Source: Candidatus Latescibacterota bacterium (lineage in GTDB: Bacteria; Latescibacterota; UBA2968). From it: a stretch of DNA of 64,000 bases. A program made the translations under genes and the position numbers. The notes beneath the pieces were generated by a model, which saw nothing but the letters and a program-made list of their open reading frames with translations, did not search any database and was not told the origin of the DNA. Where the stretch lies: NCBI GenBank assembly GCA_965204375.1, contig OZ241986.1, positions 3,040,001 through 3,104,000 on the forward strand, in the 5' to 3' direction. Shown in pieces: positions 45,368-55,797 of the stretch (positions within the stretch are counted from its first letter, which is position 1; each line of letters opens with the position of its first letter).

Positions 45368-46411
45368 GTGAAAGCAGCGCAAATCGTCGCACCCAGACAC
45401 ATTGTGGTCGTCGAAACAGACGAACCACAACTCCTGGGTGCCGGGCAAGTAAAAATCCAACTGGAACGGGCGTGTCTTTGCGGTTCAGACGTGCCGTTAT
45501 GGGATTACGATCACAACGAACTGGCAGAAAGGGCGCGACTCAACCCGCGCAAAGCAAAACGCGCACCATTTGTCGATTACGTCAATGGGGATCCATATCC
45601 CCTGCGCGTCGGCCTCTCGATTCACGAATGCCTGGGCACAGTCGTTGAATCGACATCTGATCAATTTCAAACCGGCGATTTTGTCCTTGCACTACCCGAC
45701 GCACAAAAGGGACTGTGCGAATATATCTGCGCCCCCGATAGCCGAACCATTCCACTGCCCAAAGGGGCTGTACCCGACGAACAAATTCTGATGACACAGC
45801 CCCTGGGCACAGTCGTATGGGCGTGTCAAAAACTCGGCAACATCGTCGATAGTGACGTGGCAATTGTCGGACAAGGCCCTATGGGACTGATGTTCACGCG
45901 CATGCTGGCCAATTTGGGCGCGCGAACCGTAATTGGACTCGACAAATTGGATTACCGCTTACACACTGCAAAAAAAATGCACGCAACCCATACCGTCAAC
46001 GTCGAGAAAGACAATCCTGTGGAAGCCATCCGCGAGATCACAAACGGCAAAATGGCGGACCTGGTAATCGAAGCAGTCGGTCACCAGACAAAAACGCTCA
46101 ATTCGTGCATGAAACTCGTGCACCACATGGGCACACTGCTGTGCTTTGGCGTACCCGATGATGCGTATTACCCATTTGCATATCCCGAATTTTTCAGATT
46201 AAATCTCAACCTGATCTCCACAGTTGGTCCCAATGTGGTGCCCAATTTTTCTCTTGCCCGCGACCTGATCGCACAAGGACGTGTTGACATGGCACCTCTG
46301 GTAACGCATGTATTGCCCTTTGAAGAGATTCAGCACGGATATGAGCTGTTCACCGATCGCCTCAATGGGGCCATTAAAGTGGTTATCGATTACAATTCGC
46401 TGCGAACCTGA
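45368..46411 (+). CDS. Zinc-binding medium-chain dehydrogenase
   Basis: LCGSD, HECLG.V, VGQGPMG and VIEAVG. Confidence 0.88.
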   Translation: MKAAQIVAPRHIVVVETDEPQLLGAGQVKIQLERACLCGSDVPLWDYDHNELAERARLNPRKAKRAPFVDYVNGDPYPLRVGLSIHECLGTVVESTSDQFQTGDFVLALPDAQKGLCEYICAPDSRTIPLPKGAVPDEQILMTQPLGTVVWACQKLGNIVDSDVAIVGQGPMGLMFTRMLANLGARTVIGLDKLDYRLHTAKKMHATHTVNVEKDNPVEAIREITNGKMADLVIEAVGHQTKTLNSCMKLVHHMGTLLCFGVPDDAYYPFAYPEFFRLNLNLISTVGPNVVPNFSLARDLIAQGRVDMAPLVTHVLPFEEIQHGYELFTDRLNGAIKVVIDYNSLRT

Positions 46412-46454
46412 CCAGCGGGACAACTTTGACAAATACAAAAGGGGGGTTTTGCCT

Positions 46455-48041
46455 GTGGCAGCAATGTTTGAATACGGCGCAGTGGTAGGACAACCCGAAT
46501 CTGATTCTGCGGCTGTAAACATATTGAGAAAGGGTGGCAACGCAGTCGATGCCGCTGTAACAGCGGCATTCCTCGCCTGTGTTTTGGCACCTAAATCGTG
46601 CGGCATTGGCGGTTATGGCGGCGCGATGACCGCCTATATTGGCGACGAAGTCGTCTGCATTGACTTTAACACAGTCGCGCCCAAAGAGGCCCATGACAGA
46701 ATGTTTCGCGTAACGCGCTCCGACGGGCGATTTGGTTCTGCTGTCAGCGGTTATGCCAATTCAATCGGTTATAAAGCCATATCCGTACCCGGCGTACTGG
46801 CAGGTCTTGCTCTGGCCCTGGAAAAATTTGGCAAAATGCCACTATCTGAAGTACTCGCACCTGCTATTCGCGCATGTGAAAGCGGATTTCGGGTATCGGC
46901 AAACTACGCTACGGGTGTTGCCCAAAGCGAAGCGCGCATTCGCGAGTTCCCAGAAACAACCCGCTTATTGATGATCAGCGGCGAAGTGCCCAAAAGCGGC
47001 GACCGTGCACAAAACCCCTATTTGGGCAGAATGCTCAGTCAGGTTGCAGACAAAGGCGTACGTGAATTTTATGAGGGACGCATCGCAGAGCGCATTGTCA
47101 AACACATTCAGGATAATGGTGGGATTTTATCGCGAGATGATCTGGCAAATTACGAAGCTCAGGTCGTTGACCCTGTACAAACGGCTTGCATGGAATACGA
47201 TGTGTACAGCTCGCCCCTTTGCAGTGCTGGATTGAGCCTGGCACAAATGTGTGCCATAGCCGACGAAGCCGAATTAGACCTCTACGCGCGAGACTCCGCC
47301 CGGTTGGCCCATGGCATGGTCGAAATCATTCGCGCAGCCTGGATGGACCGATACCGGCATTTTGGCGATCCAAAGCAAATACATGTAGATACAGATATGC
47401 TGATGTCGGATATCAATATCGGTGCAAATGCCAAAGAAATTGCCACATATATTGCCGAAGGAAAACGCGGACAATCGCTGCTGCGGCCATTTTATACGGG
47501 CGGCACGACGCATATTTGCACAATAGACGCGCAAAGCAACATGGTCGCCCTGACCCTCACGCACGGACCGGGCTATGGGTCTTTTGTAACAATTCCCCGC
47601 ATGGGCTTGTTGATGAATGCGGGCATGTCGCGGTTTGACCCCGGCTCCGGCTTAAAAAATTCAATTGCCCCCGGCAGAGCACCCATCATGAACATGAGCC
47701 CAACCATCGTGTTGCAAGATGGCGAACCCGTCCTGACTGTGGGCGCGTCCGGCGGAACGCGCATCCCATCGTCTGTCTTTCAGGTTTTGGCGCGAAGGCT
47801 GGTGCTCGACGAAGACCCCGAATGGTCCATCGCAGCCCCTCGAGTACATTCAGAGGGCAATGAATGGGTAAGCATAGAAGAAGAATTCGGCGAAGCCGCG
47901 CCAGATTATCTGAGTTCAGTCGGATACAAATTAAACAAAAAGGGCGCGGCTGCCGCCCGTGTTCGGATGATTGAGATTGTGGAAGAAGGATTGCTGGCCC
48001 TGTACGATCCGCGCATGAAGGCGCGAGAAAAAGGGTATTAA
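46455..48041 (+). CDS. ggt: Gamma-glutamyltransferase family protein
   Basis: GGNAVDAAV, GIGG.G and SVPG; catalytic Thr in GGTTH; GASGG.RI and APRVH. Confidence 0.88.
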   Translation: MAAMFEYGAVVGQPESDSAAVNILRKGGNAVDAAVTAAFLACVLAPKSCGIGGYGGAMTAYIGDEVVCIDFNTVAPKEAHDRMFRVTRSDGRFGSAVSGYANSIGYKAISVPGVLAGLALALEKFGKMPLSEVLAPAIRACESGFRVSANYATGVAQSEARIREFPETTRLLMISGEVPKSGDRAQNPYLGRMLSQVADKGVREFYEGRIAERIVKHIQDNGGILSRDDLANYEAQVVDPVQTACMEYDVYSSPLCSAGLSLAQMCAIADEAELDLYARDSARLAHGMVEIIRAAWMDRYRHFGDPKQIHVDTDMLMSDINIGANAKEIATYIAEGKRGQSLLRPFYTGGTTHICTIDAQSNMVALTLTHGPGYGSFVTIPRMGLLMNAGMSRFDPGSGLKNSIAPGRAPIMNMSPTIVLQDGEPVLTVGASGGTRIPSSVFQVLARRLVLDEDPEWSIAAPRVHSEGNEWVSIEEEFGEAAPDYLSSVGYKLNKKGAAAARVRMIEIVEEGLLALYDPRMKAREKGY

Positions 48042-48043
48042 AT

Positions 48044-48072
48044 GTAGGTGGCGGTTTCAAACCGCCACCTAC
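48044..48072. repeat. REP-like perfect palindrome with GTAG foot
   Basis: GTAGGTGGCGGTTT-C-AAACCGCCACCTAC. Confidence 0.65.
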
Positions 48073-48107
48073 CCCACGTCTCACCTTTTTAACTGGAGAT
48101 AAATCAA

Positions 48108-49226
48108 ATGGAGAGATATCCTTTTGGTAGCGGGCGTCCCGATCCGTCATCGTTTCCCAAGCGGGAATTGGCCGAAGCCGCCATGCGTATATTGCCCGAA
48201 ATGGGTAATGAACTGGCACTTTATCCCGGCACATTGGGATATCAACCGATGCGACAGGTCCTGGCCGATCGCTTGTTGCGACGCGAAGGAATCGCCCCTC
48301 CCGTAGAAGAAATTGCATTGACCAATGGCTCAATGCAGCCTGTAACCTTGATGGCGCAGATGTTTATCGATCAGCCCGGCGATGGCGTCGTCATGGAGGA
48401 ATTTTGCTATTCCGGCACAATTGGCGCGTATAACAAAGAAGGCGCGGAATTGGTGAGCATTCCCGTGGATGAACACGGCATGCGGATGGACGCGCTATCC
48501 GACGAATTAAAAAAACGAGGCGCCAACGGGAAACTGCCCAAATTCATTTATGTACTCGCAACATTCCAAAATCCCACGGGTGCGATCATGCCCCTCGAAC
48601 GGCGAAAAGAACTGTTGCAAATTGCCGCACAGTACGAGATCCCCGTCGTCGAAGACCACTGTTATGCCGACACGGTGTACGAAGACGATTATTACGTCCC
48701 GTCACTATACACCCTGCCAGCGGAAGTGCCCGTAGTACATATTGAATCCCTCTCCAAAATTCTGGGTCCAGGTGTGCGCCTGGGGTGCTTTTTTACCAAA
48801 CAACCCCTCCTGGGCAAAATTTTGCAAATTCGTCGAGACGGCGGCACGAGTTCGCTGGCCGCAGCCATTGTGTACGAATACTTCCGCGAACACCTGTGGA
48901 CCCATGTCAATCACATCAACGCAATCGTAAAAGAAAAGCGCGATTTGATGTTTGAAATGCTGGGACAATCTCCCGATGCTTTTGAATGGTTCAGCCGTCC
49001 CAAAGGCGGGTTATTTATCTGGGTCAAATTGCCCGATGCCACCGATGTGATCGAATGCGAACAAATAGCCGAATCCCGCGGGATCGACTACGCCACCGGC
49101 AAGGCGTTTCACGTACACCACGACGACGTGCCCTACCTGCGCCTCGCATTTGGCTACGCATCACTCGCACAAATCCGAGAAGGCATACCCAAACTGGCAG
49201 AATGTGTCATGGCGGCACAAAAATAA
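48108..49226 (+). CDS. PLP-dependent class I/II aminotransferase (MocR/LysN-like, no HTH)
   Basis: FQNPTG, VEDHCY, SLSKILGPGVRLG and GGLFIW. Confidence 0.9.
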   Translation: MERYPFGSGRPDPSSFPKRELAEAAMRILPEMGNELALYPGTLGYQPMRQVLADRLLRREGIAPPVEEIALTNGSMQPVTLMAQMFIDQPGDGVVMEEFCYSGTIGAYNKEGAELVSIPVDEHGMRMDALSDELKKRGANGKLPKFIYVLATFQNPTGAIMPLERRKELLQIAAQYEIPVVEDHCYADTVYEDDYYVPSLYTLPAEVPVVHIESLSKILGPGVRLGCFFTKQPLLGKILQIRRDGGTSSLAAAIVYEYFREHLWTHVNHINAIVKEKRDLMFEMLGQSPDAFEWFSRPKGGLFIWVKLPDATDVIECEQIAESRGIDYATGKAFHVHHDDVPYLRLAFGYASLAQIREGIPKLAECVMAAQK

Positions 49227-49241
49227 AAACAGGAGTTCTAT

Positions 49242-50033
49242 GTGAACGCACCACCAATTCCAGAACGTCCCCCCATCCCGGGCGTCAGACACATTGTTGC
49301 AATCGCCAGTGGCAAAGGCGGCGTGGGCAAAACCACGACCGCGTCAAATCTGGCTGTGGCAATGGCACAATCGGGACACGCGGTGGGATTGATGGATGCG
49401 GATATTTACGGACCCAATGTACCGATCATGATGGGCAGCAAAGCGCAGCCGCAAATGACACCGGAACAAAAAATTGAACCACTTGAGCTGTACGGTGTAA
49501 AAATGGTATCACTGGGATTGATCGCGGGCGATGGTGTCCCCATCATCTGGCGCGGACCGATGTTGGCCAAAATGGTCACACAATTCGTGCGCGACGTGGC
49601 CTGGGCACCGCTCGATTGCCTGGTCATCGACTTGCCCCCAGGCACCGGCGATGTGCAACTGACCCTGACCCAATCGACCCCATTGGATGGCGCTGTCATC
49701 GTAACGACACCCCCTCTGGTCGCCCTGGAAGATGTGCGGCGCGGCGTCGAAATGTTTCACACCGTTGAAGTGCCCGTACTGGGTGTAATCGAAAACATGA
49801 GCACTTATATATGTAGCAAATGCGGCACAGAAACGCCGATCTTTGGTCAGGGAGGTGGCGAGCGCACAGCAAAAGCCTATCGCGTGCCATTTTTGGGCGC
49901 GATTCCCCTGCACCTACAGGTACAAATGGGGAGTGACACGGGAGAACCAATAGTAGCCTCTGAACCCGACTCGCCTCTAACAAAGATATACCGCGACATC
50001 GCCGATAGCATCTGGCGATCTCTGGAGATGTAA
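49242..50033 (+). CDS. mrp: Mrp/ApbC/NBP35 Fe-S cluster carrier ATPase
   Basis: SGKGGVGKTT, DADIYGP, WRGPM, DLPPGTGD and ENMS..CSKC. Confidence 0.93.
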   Translation: MNAPPIPERPPIPGVRHIVAIASGKGGVGKTTTASNLAVAMAQSGHAVGLMDADIYGPNVPIMMGSKAQPQMTPEQKIEPLELYGVKMVSLGLIAGDGVPIIWRGPMLAKMVTQFVRDVAWAPLDCLVIDLPPGTGDVQLTLTQSTPLDGAVIVTTPPLVALEDVRRGVEMFHTVEVPVLGVIENMSTYICSKCGTETPIFGQGGGERTAKAYRVPFLGAIPLHLQVQMGSDTGEPIVASEPDSPLTKIYRDIADSIWRSLEM

Positions 50034-50059
50034 AAACTGCATCCACAATCGCGTATCAC

Positions 50060-50091
50060 AAAAAGGCGATCATCATGCGGGCGCCTTTTTT
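50060..50091 (+). terminator. Intrinsic terminator
   Basis: AAAAAGGCG...CGCCTTTTTT. Confidence 0.55.
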
Positions 50092-50100
50092 ATTTCTCCC

Positions 50101-50129
50101 TTGAAAACTATACACCCGTTCAGTATATT
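50101..50129 (+). promoter_or_regulatory. Sigma70 promoter for the efflux operon
   Basis: TTGAAA-17-TATATT. Confidence 0.5.
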
Positions 50130-50213
50130 TAATGCGGATTTCCGAAACCAGTCTTCCCACTGGTGCGTCAAAGGTCTTGTAGAATTCAGGCATATTCTAA
50201 CCCGTGAGGATAA

Positions 50214-51464
50214 ATGATGTTGCAACGTATATCGGTTATACTCGGAATTCTAATTCTTCTCTGGGCGCTTTCGGGGTGCAGTGAGGAAGCCACTGCTGAC
50301 AAAGCATCTGCTGATAGCAAGGCAAAGACCAGTTCGACCAAGGCTGATTCTGCCAAAGCTGATTCTGCCAAAGTTGCCGCAAAGCAGAAGCGAACCAAAC
50401 AACAGAATCCAAAGGCCAAAACCCAACCAAATCCCAGGCGCAAAAATCAAAAACCGAGAGTCGCCGAAGGAGTCCCCGTAAAAGTATCCGTCGTGGGAAC
50501 GGGTAAAATCTCCCAACATGTGCTCTACAGTGCCACAGTAGAAGCCGAAGAAACCATCGATATTTACGCACGAGGCTCCGGATTGGTGCGGCGCGTACTG
50601 ATCGAAGAAGGGGAGCGTGTGCGCGAGGGCCAGGTACTGATCGAACTGGTTGACGACGAATTAAAACTCAACGAAGCCGAGGCGAAATTGGCGTATCAAA
50701 AGCTGGAAAGCCAGCTCAGGCGAAAAGAAGAGTTATTTAATCGACAACTTTTGGCAAAAGAAGAATACGAAGACCTCAAAATCAATGTTGAACAGAGCAA
50801 AATTCGGTGGGAACGCGCCCGATTATCCCTCGATTACGCGCGCGTGCGCGCGCCAGTAAGCGGCGTCATATCACAACGCTCGGTCAAGTTAGGCGACCGC
50901 ATCGGTGCCAGCACAAAACTCTACGAAATGGTCAACTTGAGTCGCTTGATCGCTTATGTACACGTGCCGGGACAGGGCATGCACAATTTAGCGGTTGGAC
51001 AGCCCGCACTCATAACAACAGATTTCTTACCCGGTACAAAATTTGACGGAAAGATATTGCGTATTAGTCCAGTCGTCGATCCCGGATCGGGCACTTTTAA
51101 GGTAACCCTAGAACTGAAATCAAAGAATCGGCTGCTGCGGCCCGGCATGTTTGTCAATGCACACATCGTCACGGCGACCCACCCACATGCTGTCCTCGTA
51201 CCCAAGCGGGCTGTGGTGTACGACGATGGCATGCCGCATGTATTCGTCGTATCGGACAGCACAGTCAGTAAAGTGCGCTTTGAAATGGGCTTTGACGACA
51301 CCGAATTTGTCGAAGTACTCGCGGGTGTAAAAAAAGGCGACCAGATCGTAGTGGTAGGGCAAAATGGTCTGAAAAATAAAGCCAAAGTGCGAATCATCGA
51401 AGGCGAAGGATTGCGCATTCCCGCGAAGCCCGACTCAACTGGAGAACAGGCAGAAAAGACGTGA
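50214..51464 (+). CDS. RND efflux periplasmic adaptor (MFP), lipoprotein
   Basis: LSGC lipobox, lipoyl-like EGERV..GQ, RAPVSG, ISPVVDP.SGT and LRPGMF; KADSA repeats in the N-terminal linker. Confidence 0.92.
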   Translation: MMLQRISVILGILILLWALSGCSEEATADKASADSKAKTSSTKADSAKADSAKVAAKQKRTKQQNPKAKTQPNPRRKNQKPRVAEGVPVKVSVVGTGKISQHVLYSATVEAEETIDIYARGSGLVRRVLIEEGERVREGQVLIELVDDELKLNEAEAKLAYQKLESQLRRKEELFNRQLLAKEEYEDLKINVEQSKIRWERARLSLDYARVRAPVSGVISQRSVKLGDRIGASTKLYEMVNLSRLIAYVHVPGQGMHNLAVGQPALITTDFLPGTKFDGKILRISPVVDPGSGTFKVTLELKSKNRLLRPGMFVNAHIVTATHPHAVLVPKRAVVYDDGMPHVFVVSDSTVSKVRFEMGFDDTEFVEVLAGVKKGDQIVVVGQNGLKNKAKVRIIEGEGLRIPAKPDSTGEQAEKT

Positions 51465-51556
51465 TGAGGGATCTTTTGTTTGCTTGTTGTATAAAAATAG
51501 CGAATCGCAGACCTTAATATGTGGGCGGTTCGCTGATTTTTTTTGCGGAGCGATAC

Positions 51557-54500
51557 ATGGAGAACAATATGGGATCGGAAGTTCGGGAAAATATAAAACG
51601 GGATTTTTCTCGCACATTTGAGATTACAACCCGGCGACCCGTAGCGATTTTTATGGTCGTCCTGGCCGTTGCCGTATTTGGTTATGTGTCTTATCAGCAA
51701 CTGCCGCTAAACATGATGCCCGACATTTCATATCCAACGCTAACAGTGCGTACGGAATATCCCGATACCGCACCCGAAGAAGTTGAAAATTTGATCTCAA
51801 GGCCCATTGAACAGCGCCTGGGGGTTGTGAGCAATCTCGTAAGCATTACATCGATCTCCAGACCTGGCATGTCCGATGTCATTTTGGAATTTGGCTGGGA
51901 CACCGATATGAATGACGCCGTGCAAACAGTGCGCGAAAACCTCGACCGCCTCAACTTGCCGCGCGGGGTCAATCGCCCGTTGATATTGCGCTACGACCCC
52001 ACGCAAGACCCGATAATGCGCGTTGGGATTTACGGCACCGAAAATATGTATGTATTGCGCCATATTGCCGAAGAAGAAATCAAGCAAGAATTAGAGGCAC
52101 TCAAAGGCGTAGCTGCTGCGCGTGTAAAAGGCGGACTCGAAGAAGAAATTCGGGTTGAGATCAGCGAACGACAATTGGCACTGATGGGACTCAATATCAA
52201 CACCATCAACCGGCGGCTGCAGGAGGAAAATGTCAACCTGGCTGGCGGCAGTTTGCTGGACGGACAAACGCAGTACCTCGTGCGTACGCTGAATGAATTT
52301 CGCACCATTGACGAGATTGCCAATCTGGTGGTGGGCGACCGCAACAACATTGAAATTCGGGTAAAAGATGTGGGGCAGGTTTATCGCACGCACAAAGAGC
52401 GGGAGATCATCACGCGGGTCAATGGTGTAGAAAGTGTAGAAATCGAAATTTTTAAGGAAGCCGACGCCAATATCGTAGCCACAGCACAGCGCGTGCGCGA
52501 CCGCCTGTTTGGCACGCCCGAACAATTGGAATACATAGAAAAACTCAAAGCGGGCGAAATCGAAGAAGCCAAAGCCAACGACCGGCGGGAACAAGTGCGA
52601 CAATTTGTGCAGATGAAGGAGATGACGAGTTTTATCGCCTTTACATTACCCGAAGACGTAGCCATGGAATTGCTGTCCGATCAATCGACATTTATTGAAT
52701 CATCGGTCAATGAAGTCAAGCAAACCGCGCTGATAGGCGGGTTATTGGCCATACTGGTCTTGTACATCTTCCTTCGCAATCCATCTCACACAGCTATTGT
52801 GGGCCTCGCCATCCCGATTTCAATTGTGGCGACATTTGCCCCCATGAACATTTTTGGCGTATCCCTGAATATCATGTCTCTGGGAGGGCTGGCACTCGGT
52901 ATTGGAATGCTAGTTGACAATGCCATTGTGGTATTGGAAAGCATTTTTCGATGTCGCGAAGAAGGCGACGATATGATTTCAGCCACCATCCGGGGGACAG
53001 GTGAAGTCGGTGGAGCGGTTTTTGCATCCACGCTGACAACCGTGGCGGTATTTTTTCCCATTGTATTTGTCGAAGGCGTGGCCGGGCAGATTTTTGGCGA
53101 CATGGCACTAACCGTTGTTTTTTCACTCCTGGCATCTCTGGGCGTCGCGCTATTCTTTATCCCCATGCTGGCTTCGCGGCAAGTGCATTTGGCACGCGGC
53201 GATGGCGAAGGGCAAGGTGGGCGCCTGATGCAGTCTGAAGTATTGCAATTGCGTTCGGTCGCGTGGTTACTCGAGGGCATGGGCCTGAAAAATAGGGACG
53301 AAAATGCGCTTCAATATCACGCCATGAATTCTCGCACGCTGTTGATGCGCGTGCCAATTGGCTTTGCCTACTTGTTGGGCGAATACATCGCCCGCGCATT
53401 GTGGCTTGCAAGTGTAATCGCGGTGGTGGCACTCAAAGCCGTATTCACCGTATTGGCGGTTCTCCTATACCCCATTATCTATCCCGGATGGGGATTTTAT
53501 TGCTGGCTCGGTTCTGGACCCTTATGGCGTCGTGAAATAAATCGCCTGTGGGGACCTGTATGTGTCTGGGCTGAGGATCGCGACCTGTTTGGCAAAACAT
53601 GGGTGCGGATCATATGGGACGATCTGCTGGCATTTGTGACGCCCCAAAATTTGGGACGCGACCTGGGTGTGCAAACGAAATGGACGGGGAGAACGTTGAA
53701 GCGCCTGTTCCGCTGGGTCCGGGACCGCGCGATCTGGAAGCGCGTTTTAAAAATCGCACCGGTGTTCCTCGGCGCAGTAGGCGTTTTGCTGCTCTTTGTA
53801 CTCGGCGCGGTTTATTTTCTTCTTAGATTCCTGATCTTTACAACACTCATCTTGATCGGCAAAATACTGATTCTGACACTCATGTTTGTATTTTTAACCG
53901 GATTGGTCGCATTGCTGGTAATCGCCCTTGTCCTGTTGCCCATCCTCGCGCCAGTGCTATTTTTGTTTGAGCGCGGTTTTGCCGCGATTCGACGCGCTTA
54001 TACGCCTTTTATCCGCTGGGCTTTGCACAACAGACTGAGCATTGTAGCGGGTGCTGTGGCACCTTTTGCAGTATGCTGGATGGTCTTGTTGCCCCGATTG
54101 GGCAATGAATTGATCCCACAGGTACATCAGGGCGAATTTAATGTGGATATTGGTTTGCCCGTGGGTACGCCGCTCGAAATGACTGATGAAACCCTGAAGC
54201 TCATCGAATCGCGGGTGATGGATACTTATGATGTGGGGGCGATTTCTTCGACAGTGGGCGTGGATAAAACCGATATCACATCGTCTGATCAGGGCGAGCA
54301 CACCGGGGTTGTGTCTGTGGTACTGGAGGATATCGAAACAGAGGGTCCCCAAAATGTAATGGCGGGTTGGGGGCAAGACCTCCTGACATTGCCCACACGT
54401 ATTTGGGGCGGCATCAGAGGAGAAAGTGTTTTAGCACAGCGCGAAGACGCATTGATGGCTGATTTGCGAAACAGGCTCTCGGATTTGCCGCAGATAAAAG

Positions 54501-55597
54501 CCGATTTTTCACGCCCCGAACTATTTAGTTTTAAGACGCCTATAGAAGTGGAAATTCGCGGTTATGATTTGCCAACATTGACCCAATTGGGGCGCGAAGC
54601 CGAGCGGGTAATGAGCGAGATTCCCGGACTTTACGATGTGAAGTCGAGCCTTCAGCGCGGCAACCCGGAAGTGCAAATAGTCTATAAGCGCGAATTGTTA
54701 GCCAAATACAACTTGAATGTGCGCCAGGTAGCCTCGCTGGTGCGCGAAAAAGTACAGGGCAATGTGGTGACGCGATTTCGAGAGGCCGACCGGCGCATTG
54801 ATGTACTGGTGCGCGTAGATGAGGCCGACCGCGCCGGAGTAACTGAGTTGCGCCGACTGGTGGTGAACCCGGGGCGACAGCAAGTGCCCATTCGCCTATC
54901 TGCGGTAGCCGAAATTGAAGTACACGAAGGGCCGAGTGAAATTCGACGCATAGATCAACAGCGCGCAGTTCTGATTTCAGCCAATGTGAGCGGTATAGAC
55001 CTGGGAACAATGACCGCTATGATTCAGCAGGCACTGGAAACAATGGAAGTACCCCAGGATGTGTCGATGGTCATTGGCGGACAAAACAAGGAAATGGAGA
55101 CATCGTTGGACAGTTTGACCTTTGCATTGGCTCTCGCAATTTTTCTCGTGTACATCGTAATGGCCTCGCAATTTGAATCATTTCTCCATCCATTCGTAAT
55201 TATGTTTAGCATTCCACTGGCACTGATTGGCGTAATCGTCATTCTATTTCTCACGGGCATACCTCTTTCCGTCGTGGTGTTTTTGGGCGTTATCATGCTG
55301 GCGGGCATTGTGGTGAACAATGCCATTGTGCTCGTAGATTATATCAACCACCTGCGGCGCAGTGGTCTGTCCAAATTGGAAGCAATTGTGCAGGCCGGCG
55401 AAGTGCGATTGCGCCCTATCTTGATGACCACATCGACAACCGTGCTGGGATTATTGCCCATGGCACTCGGCCTGGGCGATGGCGCAGAAATCCGCACGCC
55501 AATGGCGATCACCGTCGTTGCCGGCCTAATCAGTTCCACCCTATTAACACTGGTAATTATTCCAACCGTATATTCTCTAATGGATCGCAGCGAATAG
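51557..55597 (+). CDS. RND efflux permease (AcrB/CzcA-like) with a large membrane insertion
   Basis: RRPV, GMLVDNAIVV.E, GIVVNNAIVLVD and RLRPILMT; about 1346 aa. Confidence 0.93.
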   Translation: MENNMGSEVRENIKRDFSRTFEITTRRPVAIFMVVLAVAVFGYVSYQQLPLNMMPDISYPTLTVRTEYPDTAPEEVENLISRPIEQRLGVVSNLVSITSISRPGMSDVILEFGWDTDMNDAVQTVRENLDRLNLPRGVNRPLILRYDPTQDPIMRVGIYGTENMYVLRHIAEEEIKQELEALKGVAAARVKGGLEEEIRVEISERQLALMGLNINTINRRLQEENVNLAGGSLLDGQTQYLVRTLNEFRTIDEIANLVVGDRNNIEIRVKDVGQVYRTHKEREIITRVNGVESVEIEIFKEADANIVATAQRVRDRLFGTPEQLEYIEKLKAGEIEEAKANDRREQVRQFVQMKEMTSFIAFTLPEDVAMELLSDQSTFIESSVNEVKQTALIGGLLAILVLYIFLRNPSHTAIVGLAIPISIVATFAPMNIFGVSLNIMSLGGLALGIGMLVDNAIVVLESIFRCREEGDDMISATIRGTGEVGGAVFASTLTTVAVFFPIVFVEGVAGQIFGDMALTVVFSLLASLGVALFFIPMLASRQVHLARGDGEGQGGRLMQSEVLQLRSVAWLLEGMGLKNRDENALQYHAMNSRTLLMRVPIGFAYLLGEYIARALWLASVIAVVALKAVFTVLAVLLYPIIYPGWGFYCWLGSGPLWRREINRLWGPVCVWAEDRDLFGKTWVRIIWDDLLAFVTPQNLGRDLGVQTKWTGRTLKRLFRWVRDRAIWKRVLKIAPVFLGAVGVLLLFVLGAVYFLLRFLIFTTLILIGKILILTLMFVFLTGLVALLVIALVLLPILAPVLFLFERGFAAIRRAYTPFIRWALHNRLSIVAGAVAPFAVCWMVLLPRLGNELIPQVHQGEFNVDIGLPVGTPLEMTDETLKLIESRVMDTYDVGAISSTVGVDKTDITSSDQGEHTGVVSVVLEDIETEGPQNVMAGWGQDLLTLPTRIWGGIRGESVLAQREDALMADLRNRLSDLPQIKADFSRPELFSFKTPIEVEIRGYDLPTLTQLGREAERVMSEIPGLYDVKSSLQRGNPEVQIVYKRELLAKYNLNVRQVASLVREKVQGNVVTRFREADRRIDVLVRVDEADRAGVTELRRLVVNPGRQQVPIRLSAVAEIEVHEGPSEIRRIDQQRAVLISANVSGIDLGTMTAMIQQALETMEVPQDVSMVIGGQNKEMETSLDSLTFALALAIFLVYIVMASQFESFLHPFVIMFSIPLALIGVIVILFLTGIPLSVVVFLGVIMLAGIVVNNAIVLVDYINHLRRSGLSKLEAIVQAGEVRLRPILMTTSTTVLGLLPMALGLGDGAEIRTPMAITVVAGLISSTLLTLVIIPTVYSLMDRSE

Positions 55598-55797
55598 GGG
55601 TGGATCCCTGTGCCCGCCTGCAGTTCCAGCCCCCAGCCCCTTTTTTCCAATTGACTTTTGACAACTTTTTGTTTTCTTAAGCACTTGAAATTTTTTATGG
55701 CAAGTAAGCAAATACTCGGTAACTTTTTGAGCGTTTTTTCGTCTAACCCTTGTAACAACGATAGTCACCCTATTTGCGAAATATGGAGATTTGAATA

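Noticed and set aside
50338-50373. 15-nt tandem repeat in the MFP gene as a phase-variation site
   Set aside because: Unit length is a multiple of three and encodes a low-complexity KADSA linker, so slippage would not shift frame.
55596-55650. GC-rich hairpin after the RND gene as an ncRNA or riboswitch
   Set aside because: No recognisable family motif; compatible with a weak terminator or processing stem.
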